This document shows positions 26,452 to 33,527 of a stretch of 64,000 bases of DNA, in pieces. Position 1 is the stretch's first letter. Each line of letters begins with the position of its first letter. Source of the DNA: a virus. Lineage: Duplodnaviria; Caudoviricetes. The DNA lies in IMG/VR virus record IMGVR_UViG_3300042888_002988, positions 1-64,000 of that record, one strand, 5' to 3'. Under the pieces are notes generated by a model. It made no database searches, was not told the DNA's origin, and was given only the letters and a program-made list of their open reading frames with translations. Made by a program: the position numbers and the translations under genes.

Positions 26452-27562
26452 CACACTCGCAAAACTACCACGGATCATGGCCGGCATGGCCAAGATCATC
26501 CAACGCTCCGAAGTCAAACTGACCGAGGAGGAAAACCAGCTTCTGTTCGACTCCGGGGAGTTGGCCATGGAGCTACTGAAGCTGCCGACCGCACCACCGA
26601 GCCCGGCAACTCCTGGCGGATACGTGTTGATGGGTCCCGAGGGTATGCCTACGTTCCCTGAGCCCTACCCCACGCTGCACGAACTGGCGTGCGCCACCGC
26701 TCGTTACATGCTGCGATTCCAGCAGCAAGGTTACTACACCGACATGCGCATGGTGAGGCAACCTCTGGAGTGGGTGGCGGACAACCTGTCCGTGCAGACG
26801 GTGCCGGTGGTCATGTCGGCCACGGCGGCCTACACCAAATACGTCAACGACAACCTGGAGCGGATCGGACGCGACGGGTGGGTGCCGATCAGCTACGCGG
26901 AGTTCCTCGACAGCGAAGAGTGCACCAACGAGATGTATCGCGAGGAGGTCTCCCGCCCCGCCGACGATCAAGACGGATGGACGTTCGTCGGCAACGCTGC
27001 TGTGGACGCCGGCATGCTGATGATCACCGACCCGTGCTACATCAACAGCGAGTGGAAGAAGGACGGCAAGGAACGCCCGATGGTAGCCCCTGGCTATCGC
27101 CACACCGACGGCACCGTGCTATTCTTCCCAGGACACGGAGCTGCACCGGTCGAAGGCGCGCTGCCGTTCGAGCACTACGAAGCGATCGTCGAGAAGTATG
27201 GCAAGACCGTCAACGCCATGAACGCCGAGGGCATCTTGACGAAGCTTCCCACACCGGCACCGTCGGGAGAGTTCTCCTATACCGGGGCGTGCGAAGCCAC
27301 CGGCGACCACAACGAGCTGCAGGGCGGACAGCTGAAGTTCAAGATGGGCCACGCTGGGGCCGGAGTCGTGTTCCGAACCGGCTACGGCGACGGGTGCTAC
27401 CCTGTCTACCTGCGCTACGTGCACGACGGTGAATGGGGCACCCGGGTAGCCGAGGCCCGCGTGGTGTTCATCGACCCGAGCGAGCTGGACGAGGACGACA
27501 CCTACCAAGAGAGCGACACCGAGTGGGACGAAGGCGAACCCGCTGAGGAGGAGGCCAAGTGA
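26444..27562 (+). CDS. protein with C-terminal DUF4241-like domain
   Basis: VDAGMLMITDP and VVFRTGYGDGCYPVY motifs. Confidence 0.6.
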   Translation: MNNTLAKLPRIMAGMAKIIQRSEVKLTEEENQLLFDSGELAMELLKLPTAPPSPATPGGYVLMGPEGMPTFPEPYPTLHELACATARYMLRFQQQGYYTDMRMVRQPLEWVADNLSVQTVPVVMSATAAYTKYVNDNLERIGRDGWVPISYAEFLDSEECTNEMYREEVSRPADDQDGWTFVGNAAVDAGMLMITDPCYINSEWKKDGKERPMVAPGYRHTDGTVLFFPGHGAAPVEGALPFEHYEAIVEKYGKTVNAMNAEGILTKLPTPAPSGEFSYTGACEATGDHNELQGGQLKFKMGHAGAGVVFRTGYGDGCYPVYLRYVHDGEWGTRVAEARVVFIDPSELDEDDTYQESDTEWDEGEPAEEEAK

Positions 27563-28125
27563 GCGACGAACAGGATGAAGAACAGGATCCCGCCTACGTG
27601 GTATGGGAACCTGGCCAAATCGAAGTGTTCGAATGCGTTGAGGACGCCGAGCATGAGTTGATGGCCATGGGTTCCCGCGGACTGCGAGGGACGGTGCTTA
27701 CGTGCCTGGTGGATGCCGTGTCGACCCTCCTCGGCCGGCACGGCATCCATGCGGTAGGTGTGACCATGAACAATGATCACCGGCCAGAGGTCAGGGACTT
27801 CTGCGGTAAATATCCGACCACTTGGGAGCTGTCGACGTCGCAGGTCAGCTCGCGTTATCCGCGCGGGTCTATCTTCCTGCTGCTGCGTCGCCAGGAGCTG
27901 CCCGAGGACAGCGACAAGCTCAACTTCAAGGATGAGTTCAGGTTGCTCTATTACGACGGCGTCAACGCGGTGCAGGTATTCGGATGCCAGCTGGACGCGC
28001 TGGTAGCCACTGTGACGAGCAAGCTCACGATCACCGGTATCCTTCACGCTCAGGTGAAAGAGTTGGAGGCCAAGGCGGCCGAGCAGGCGGCGGAGATCGA
28101 GAGGCTGAAGGGAGGTGGGTCGTGA
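27559..28125 (+). CDS. hypothetical protein
   Basis: GGAGG upstream; GTGA overlap. Confidence 0.65.
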   Translation: MSDEQDEEQDPAYVVWEPGQIEVFECVEDAEHELMAMGSRGLRGTVLTCLVDAVSTLLGRHGIHAVGVTMNNDHRPEVRDFCGKYPTTWELSTSQVSSRYPRGSIFLLLRRQELPEDSDKLNFKDEFRLLYYDGVNAVQVFGCQLDALVATVTSKLTITGILHAQVKELEAKAAEQAAEIERLKGGGS

Positions 28126-28634
28126 GCCTGCACGAGCACAGTGATCGGTCGCGCAAGCAGGAAAAGCTGTCCGGGCGGTCGAGTTGCATCCGGGAAAGCA
28201 TCTTCCACATGCTGGTGGCGCGCGGTGCGCCCATGACGGACCGTGAGATCGCTGGCGTGCTGGGCGAGGACGACCTCAACAATGTGCGACCGGAGATCAC
28301 GCGGCTGCGTGACGCGGGGCTGGTGCGTGAAGTGGGCAACACGAAGTGCTCCATCACACGCCGGAAGGTGCGCCTGGTGCGGAACAAGGGGACGGAATAC
28401 GACCCGAACCGCATCATCGTGAAGGGGCGCAAGATCATGGAAGCGTCGCCGTGGAATCTGAGTGACGAGGTGCCGCCGCCGACCAATCACCCGGTGCTGG
28501 TGTGGCTGCCCTACAGCCCCAGGTCACAGCATGTGAATTCCTACTTCGGTGGGGATTACTGGGGCGTCACCAAGGTCACGCTGGTCATGAAGACGTATTG
28601 GCGGGAGCTTCCCCCGAACCCGACTGAATACTGA
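28122..28634 (+). CDS. winged-helix DNA-binding protein
   Basis: MTDREIAGVLG...VRPEITRLRDAGLVREVG. Confidence 0.65.
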   Translation: MSLHEHSDRSRKQEKLSGRSSCIRESIFHMLVARGAPMTDREIAGVLGEDDLNNVRPEITRLRDAGLVREVGNTKCSITRRKVRLVRNKGTEYDPNRIIVKGRKIMEASPWNLSDEVPPPTNHPVLVWLPYSPRSQHVNSYFGGDYWGVTKVTLVMKTYWRELPPNPTEY

Positions 28635-28635
28635 G

Positions 28636-28711
28636 TGCCGCCGGCGGGATTCGAACCCGCACTGTGCGGATTTTAAGTCCGCTGCCATACTGCCAGTTGG
28701 GCTACGGCGGC
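28636..28711 (-). tRNA. trnL: tRNA-Leu(TAA), short variable loop, no encoded CCA
   Basis: Acceptor GCCGCCG/CGGCGGC; anticodon loop CT-TAA-AA; T-arm GCGGG-TTCGAAT-CCCGC; A73. Confidence 0.9.
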
Positions 28712-28719
28712 GATGAGAG

Positions 28720-28794
28720 TGGTGCTGCACCCGGGACTCGAACCCGGAGTCTCCTGCTTCTGAGGCAGGCGCTATACCATTTCGCTAGTGCAGC
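28720..28794 (-). tRNA. trnL: tRNA-Leu(CAG), short variable loop
   Basis: Acceptor GCTGCAC/GTGCAGC; loop CT-CAG-AA; T-loop TTCGAGT; ACCA end. Confidence 0.9.
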
Positions 28795-28796
28795 AT

Positions 28797-28873
28797 TGGT
28801 GCCCAGGGGGAGACTCGAACTCCCATACACCAGATCCTTATTCTGGCGGCTTTACCAGCTTGCCTACCTGGGC
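28797..28873 (-). tRNA. trnL: tRNA-Leu(AAG), A34, short variable loop
   Basis: Acceptor GCCCAGG/CCTGGGC; stem CCAGA/TCTGG with loop AT-AAG-GA; T-loop TTCGAGT; ACCA end. Confidence 0.85.
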
Positions 28874-28927
28874 GTGGTGACTCCTACATGGGATCTTGGG
28901 GTCTAGGTCGACTTCCCCCTGCCGCGC

Positions 28928-29107
28928 TTACGACGCGGGTGTTTCCATGCGGTGGCCATTGGGTAATTGCGGTAGTCGCAATCGATCGGCTTCCTGCTCG
29001 TGCGTCCATCCCCACCCACACCAGTTGCACCACCAGCCATTCGAGCAATCGAAGATCTGGTTGGGGTGCGGCGACGCGCAGTTGGGACATGTAGCGGGAG
29101 TGGTCAT
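28928..29107 (-). CDS. 59-aa zinc-ribbon protein inside the tRNA array
   Basis: Translated by hand: MTTPATCPNCASPHPNQIFDCSNGWWCNWCGWGWTHEQEADRLRLPQLPNGHRMETPAS. Confidence 0.6.
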   Translation of the reverse strand: MTTPATCPNCASPHPNQIFDCSNGWWCNWCGWGWTHEQEADRLRLPQLPNGHRMETPAS

Positions 29108-29113
29108 CGAGAG

Positions 29114-29203
29114 TGGTGTGTCAGGAGGGAGTCGAACCCTCGATGTATCTTACGTTCTGGGTCTACAATCCAGCGCCCCGCAACCGACAGGAGCCTCTGA
29201 CAC
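29114..29203 (-). tRNA. trnY: tRNA-Tyr(GTA)
   Basis: Acceptor GTGTCAG/CTGACAC; loop TT-GTA-GA; long variable arm; ACCA end. Confidence 0.9.
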
Positions 29204-29210
29204 ATGAGAA

Positions 29211-29300
29211 TGGCGGAAGGCGGAGGGATCGAACCCCATGCGCTCGTCACGACACCCACGGTTTTCAAGACCGCTTTGCCCCCGTCGGGCGGCGCCTTCC
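29211..29300 (-). tRNA. trnS: tRNA-Ser(TGA) with 8/4 acceptor/T-stem
   Basis: 8-bp acceptor GGAAGGCG/CGCCTTCC; 4-bp T-stem GGGG/CCTC; loop CT-TGA-AA; long variable arm; G73-CCA. Confidence 0.9.
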
Positions 29301-29310
29301 TTTGGAAAAT

Positions 29311-29385
29311 TGGCTCTCGAGGCACGGATCGAACGTGCGACCTGGGCATTAACAGTGCCTCGCTCTTCCACTGAGCTGCTCGAGA
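29311..29385 (-). tRNA. trnN: tRNA-Asn(GTT)
   Basis: Acceptor TCTCGAG/CTCGAGA; D-arm GCTC/GAGC; loop CT-GTT-AA; G73-CCA. Confidence 0.93.
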
Positions 29386-29403
29386 TTTGGAAGAATCCGG
29401 AAG

Positions 29404-29478
29404 TGGAGACACGACCCGGAATCGAACCGGGGTGACCTGGGTTGCAAGCAGGTGCCTGGGCCGCTCGGCCATCGTGTC
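29404..29478 (-). tRNA. trnC: tRNA-Cys(GCA)
   Basis: Acceptor GACACGA/TCGTGTC; loop TT-GCA-AC; U73-CCA. Confidence 0.93.
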
Positions 29479-29520
29479 GTTGTTGGAAAATTGTCATGGA
29501 GGAAATCTGGAAGAATCTGG

Positions 29521-29556
29521 AAAACAAAAAGCCCGCCTGGAGCTAACCGGCGGGCT
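29521..29556 (-). terminator. attenuator terminator upstream of the tRNA array
   Basis: On the - strand: AGCCCGCC-GGTTAGCTCCA-GGCGGGCT, with the U-tract TTTTTGTTTT at its 3' end, in the sense direction of the tRNAs and before the first tRNA. Confidence 0.85.
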
Positions 29557-29594
29557 GGAGTTTTGAGGAGTGATTCGAAGGAGGAATGGTCAAA

Positions 29595-29672
29595 TCAGGT
29601 CAATAGAACTCGGCCCGCGTAGCTGCAATAGCTGAGCAGGAAATTCGAGGACAATGACCAGAGGCACTTCAT
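29595..29672 (-). CDS. leader peptide of putative tRNA-operon attenuator (MKCLWSLSSNFLLSYCSYAGRVLLT)
   Basis: 25-codon ORF; 14 of codons 3-18 are Cys/Leu/Ser/Asn/Tyr; codons 19-22 can pair with the 5' arm of the terminator. Confidence 0.8.
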   Translation of the reverse strand: MKCLWSLSSNFLLSYCSYAGRVLLT

Positions 29673-29680
29673 TCGGGCGC

Positions 29681-29709
29681 AATCAATACCCTACCACGGA
29701 CAACGTCAA
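29681..29709 (-). promoter_or_regulatory. candidate promoter for the leader/tRNA operon
   Basis: TTGACG at 29709-29704, 37 nt before the leader ATG. The -10 is ambiguous (TTGATT at 17-nt spacing, or extended TG-G-TAGGGT). Confidence 0.45.
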
Positions 29710-29724
29710 CAATAAATTTCTATA

Positions 29725-30006
29725 ATGAGCGATTCATTCAATCAGCAGCAATACATCCGGCTTAAAACTCGGCTGACCACCAAGCGGAACAAACTGTCCC
29801 AAGCTATACCCGCCCGATCGGACGCGAGTAGCATGACGGACAAGATGAAAGACGAGGCCATAGCAGCCGCGCGCGCAGTCATCGTGGAGGTGGACTATGC
29901 CAATACGCTGTTCGAATCCACCGGCTATCCCGATGCGTGGATGGACTGGGAGCGGGCGAAGGAAGATGCGGAGATGCACATCCGCAGGCTGGGAGGTAGA
30001 CTGTGA
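29725..30006 (+). CDS. hypothetical protein
   Basis: 93-aa ORF divergent from the tRNA operon. Confidence 0.6.
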   Translation: MSDSFNQQQYIRLKTRLTTKRNKLSQAIPARSDASSMTDKMKDEAIAAARAVIVEVDYANTLFESTGYPDAWMDWERAKEDAEMHIRRLGGRL

Positions 30007-32003
30007 GCAGCGACCACGTCATATTCCTGAACCAGCCGTCGAGGCAGGACAACCTGGTTGACCTGTTCTGTGGCTGCGGCGGATCGGGCGGCGGGCTGCT
30101 AGATGCCACCGAGATCATGGGGCGTAAGGTGAGCGGAACCTTCGTGAATCACTGGGACAAAGCGATCCAGATTCACCAGGCCAACCATCCGGAGCATCGC
30201 CACCTGGAGGAGGACCTGTTCATGCTGGATCCGGCTGCGGTGTTCCCGGTGGGCACCTACTGCAGCCTGCTGTGGGCTTCCCCGCAGTGCACGTTCTTCA
30301 GCGTGGCCCGCGGCGCGAGCTGCGTGAACGAGCAGGACCGCAGTCATGCTCACTCGGTGACCGACTGGGTGAAGCACCTGAATCCGGAGGCCGTCATCTG
30401 CGAGAACGTGAAAGAGTTCCGCGACTGGGGACCGGTGATGCAGAAGCGCCACTATGAAGGGCCCGACAAGGGCGAGCTGATGTGGGCGCTCAACGCCAAG
30501 CCTCTCAAAGAAGTGCCGGAGGAGCACCGCCGCCGAAAGCTGTCCGGGGACCGCGGACGGGAGGCGTCGGAGGCGCGCTGGGTGAAGCAGATGCTGGCCC
30601 GCGGCTACCAGCCATACGAGGTGCCGGACAAGACCCGCAAAGGTGAATACTTCGACCTGTGGCTGCAGGAGATGAAAGATCTCGGTTACATGGCCGACCA
30701 CCGGGTGCTGAAGTCGGCCGACTTCGGTGACCCCACCATCCGCGCCAGGTTGTTCATCTACTTCGTGCGCAAGGACACCGGCCGCAAGATCGTGTGGCCC
30801 GAGCCCTATGCTGGGGAACGCGGCACCGGGCACAACCTGCCAATGGACTGGCGGACTGCCCGCGACATCATCCAGTGGGAGCTGAAAGGCCAGTCCGTCT
30901 TCACACGGGACAAGGATCTGGCCGACAACACCTTCAGGAGGCTGGCGATCGGACTGGTGAAATACGGGCTGCGGGACTTCCTCGTCAGCTCGGCCCACGG
31001 CAGCCCTAAGACGGGCGACTGCAACCGGAGGGTCCACGACCTGGATCAGCCGTTGCACACGCTCACCGCCAAGGGCGACAGGGGCGTCGTGACCACTGAT
31101 GCCTATGTCGTGCCCCACCACACCGGCAGCAAGAAGGACTGGGTCAAGTCCATCGACCAGCCAGTCAGCACTGTGACATCCACAATGACTGGAGAAGGCC
31201 TCGCTGTGCCCTCCATCGTCCAGCTGAAGGGTCAGAGCACCGCCCAGGACGTGGACGCGCCCCTGACGGCCCTGACGCAGTCCCAGTCCCACTACCTGAT
31301 GCAGCCTGAGGTGCAGATGGTGGATCACCTGCGCGGCACCGGTATCGTCACGAGTCCGGACGAGCCGATCCGCACCATAGCGGCCGGCGGCCAGCACCAA
31401 GCGTTGGCAGAGGCGTTCATGTTCGCGATCGACCAGACCGGCGGCGGCAACAAGAACGACGGCACCTACCCCATCGACTCACCCACGCGGACGCTGGTCA
31501 CCAAGGCCAACCAGGCGTGCATTGAGATGGAGCTGGAGGTGGTGTCCGACCGGTTCCTCCAGGCCTGCAGCGACAACGGCGTGGATACGTCCCGAGCCGT
31601 GACGTTCCTGGGGCACCTTGTCGATGAGCTGACGCGCCGCGGCAAGGTGGACGCCAAGCCCTGGATCTACGTCTACTACTCCTCCGGCAGCGAGGGCAAG
31701 TCGATCGACGAGCCGCTACCCACGGTGCGCACGAAGGCCGGCCATGCCCTGGTCTACCCGGTGATCGAAATGGACGGCAAGCTGATCCGCGTCGACCTGT
31801 TCTATCGAATGCTGACGCCATTGGAGCTGCAGCGTGCGATGGGATTCCCGGACGACATGGAATGGGCCGGCGTCACCAAGACCGAAACTATCCGGGCCAT
31901 CGGGAACTCAGTCAGCCGCGGGGTGTCCCGTGCGCTGGGACTGGCGTGGTATTCGCAGACCTCCGACGTGTGGTCAAAAGTCAAACACATCTATGAACGA
32001 TAA
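30003..32003 (+). CDS. DNA (cytosine-5) methyltransferase, phage type with repeat-expanded variable region
   Basis: Motif I DLFCGCGG, motif IV SPQC, motif VI ENV, motif VIII R..R.F, motif IX-X LQRAMGFP...IGNSV. Confidence 0.9.
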   Translation: MSSDHVIFLNQPSRQDNLVDLFCGCGGSGGGLLDATEIMGRKVSGTFVNHWDKAIQIHQANHPEHRHLEEDLFMLDPAAVFPVGTYCSLLWASPQCTFFSVARGASCVNEQDRSHAHSVTDWVKHLNPEAVICENVKEFRDWGPVMQKRHYEGPDKGELMWALNAKPLKEVPEEHRRRKLSGDRGREASEARWVKQMLARGYQPYEVPDKTRKGEYFDLWLQEMKDLGYMADHRVLKSADFGDPTIRARLFIYFVRKDTGRKIVWPEPYAGERGTGHNLPMDWRTARDIIQWELKGQSVFTRDKDLADNTFRRLAIGLVKYGLRDFLVSSAHGSPKTGDCNRRVHDLDQPLHTLTAKGDRGVVTTDAYVVPHHTGSKKDWVKSIDQPVSTVTSTMTGEGLAVPSIVQLKGQSTAQDVDAPLTALTQSQSHYLMQPEVQMVDHLRGTGIVTSPDEPIRTIAAGGQHQALAEAFMFAIDQTGGGNKNDGTYPIDSPTRTLVTKANQACIEMELEVVSDRFLQACSDNGVDTSRAVTFLGHLVDELTRRGKVDAKPWIYVYYSSGSEGKSIDEPLPTVRTKAGHALVYPVIEMDGKLIRVDLFYRMLTPLELQRAMGFPDDMEWAGVTKTETIRAIGNSVSRGVSRALGLAWYSQTSDVWSKVKHIYER

Positions 32004-32373
32004 CGATAGGAACGTGGTCAACGCCATGACCCAGTATGGAGGTGGATTTGTCAAAGCTCTCGCTGAGGCGGCGCGCAAAGCGGATCCTACCAACCTGGAA
32101 GCAATCAAGAACGCGTGGCCGGACTACTGGGTGAAATACTCAGGTATGGTCGACACGCCGCCACCGTCACCGCGCGTGTTCAACGTGCCGGTGGCGTTCA
32201 CGTTCAGCGGGGTGTTCCACATCCGCGCCAACGACGAAGAAGGAGCGGTCGAAGCTGCCAATGAGCATGTCGGCCTGGTCCTTGGAGGAAACATTCACAG
32301 CACCCTGCCGGACGAGGATGTCAACTGGGAGTTCCCAGCGCACCCGGATCGCGCAGTGGGAACTCCATACTGA
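31993..32373 (+). CDS. hypothetical protein
   Basis: GGGFVKALAEAARKADPTN segment; 126 aa. Confidence 0.65.
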   Translation: MNDNDRNVVNAMTQYGGGFVKALAEAARKADPTNLEAIKNAWPDYWVKYSGMVDTPPPSPRVFNVPVAFTFSGVFHIRANDEEGAVEAANEHVGLVLGGNIHSTLPDEDVNWEFPAHPDRAVGTPY

Positions 32374-32374
32374 C

Positions 32375-32629
32375 ATGAGCCGACAACCCAATGGAATGCT
32401 GCAGCCCACCATCCTGGTCACCAAGATGGTCGACAGGGCGCACAAGCACCTCCACGTCGGATACGACACCTACCGTGAACTGCGGAAGGATCTGAAGCGA
32501 CAGCTGGAAGAGAGCGTGGACGACACGATCAGCGTGGCGCGCTCCAAGCGTGGCCAAGGATTCGAGTGGTTCGAGATCTGGGAACTGTCCGGCGGCAAGC
32601 CGCGACTGGTCCGGGAGGGATGGCAATGA
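32375..32629 (+). CDS. hypothetical protein
   Basis: 84-aa ORF. Confidence 0.6.
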   Translation: MSRQPNGMLQPTILVTKMVDRAHKHLHVGYDTYRELRKDLKRQLEESVDDTISVARSKRGQGFEWFEIWELSGGKPRLVREGWQ

Positions 32630-32645
32630 ATCAAACAGCAACAGT

Positions 32646-33521
32646 ATGAAAACCAAACCGTATAAACCAACATCCAAGCAAGAGTTCGCCGCCAACGCGG
32701 CGAGGAATTACCTCCGTCAGCGCGGGGGAGTCGAAGAAGACGCGATCAATGAGGAGAAGCAGTGCATCGAGATCGGCACCTCATACCGCGAGAGTGCCGG
32801 TGACGACGAGCCGTCGGAGCAACTCCGCAAGGAAGTGGCTGCGCATGTCAAAGCGTTGCGTGAGCTGTCGCCGCTGGTCTACGTCTCCACCGAGGAGATC
32901 GACGAGTGGATCCACCTGACGGCACGCGTGAAGGACAAGCCGCGCAAGGACAAGCCCGAGCTGATGAAGGATCTGGCGAAGGTGGTCCTCGATCGCCTGC
33001 CGGAATCGGTGAGCAAACACCCGAAGTCCCGGTTCATCGGCCAGGAGTATTCCCGCAACTACTGCGGCACGATTGCTGTGCTGACGGAGGTGACTTACAC
33101 CTACGGCAAGCGGAGTGTTCGCCTTGGCTGGCAGCTGGACGGTGACACGACCAACGGCTGGAAGCTGCGCGTGGAGTGGGGCGACCATAGAATCGTCCGG
33201 CCCGCCAAGTTCAAGAAGCTGACGCCGGCCACCGTGCTGGACCAGTTCGACAAGCTGCTGGCACGCCTGGAGGATCCGCTGGGCGCCATGGGATGGACGA
33301 TCAACGTCCTGATCAACGGCGATTACATCAAGAACCTGAGCGGGCGCGTGCGGGAGAGCTTCGATCTCTACACAGTCACCGACAAGGCACGCACGGTCGT
33401 CGTGTCGTGCCGCCAGGGGACTCACGTGGAGTTCACCAACAACTACAGCGGCAAGACCATCAAGGTCGCTGTCGGCGAGCCGCTACCGGCCGAAGTCCTG
33501 CCAGTCAACATCGAAGAGTAA
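32646..33521 (+). CDS. hypothetical protein
   Basis: 291-aa ORF. Confidence 0.65.
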   Translation: MKTKPYKPTSKQEFAANAARNYLRQRGGVEEDAINEEKQCIEIGTSYRESAGDDEPSEQLRKEVAAHVKALRELSPLVYVSTEEIDEWIHLTARVKDKPRKDKPELMKDLAKVVLDRLPESVSKHPKSRFIGQEYSRNYCGTIAVLTEVTYTYGKRSVRLGWQLDGDTTNGWKLRVEWGDHRIVRPAKFKKLTPATVLDQFDKLLARLEDPLGAMGWTINVLINGDYIKNLSGRVRESFDLYTVTDKARTVVVSCRQGTHVEFTNNYSGKTIKVAVGEPLPAEVLPVNIEE

Positions 33522-33527
33522 ACGATC

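Noticed and set aside
28874-28927. Spacer ending in ACCA on the - strand before tRNA-Leu(AAG), a possible eighth tRNA
   Set aside because: No TTCG T-loop and no complementary acceptor 5' strand.
29620-29672. A 1:2 (anti-antiterminator/pause) hairpin in the leader
   Set aside because: Only 4-bp pairings were found by eye (CTCG/CGAG, CTGC/GCAG). This needs computational folding and is not claimed.
29721-29726. Perfect TATAAT hexamer
   Set aside because: It overlaps the ATG at 29725, so it cannot serve that gene, and there is no matching -35.
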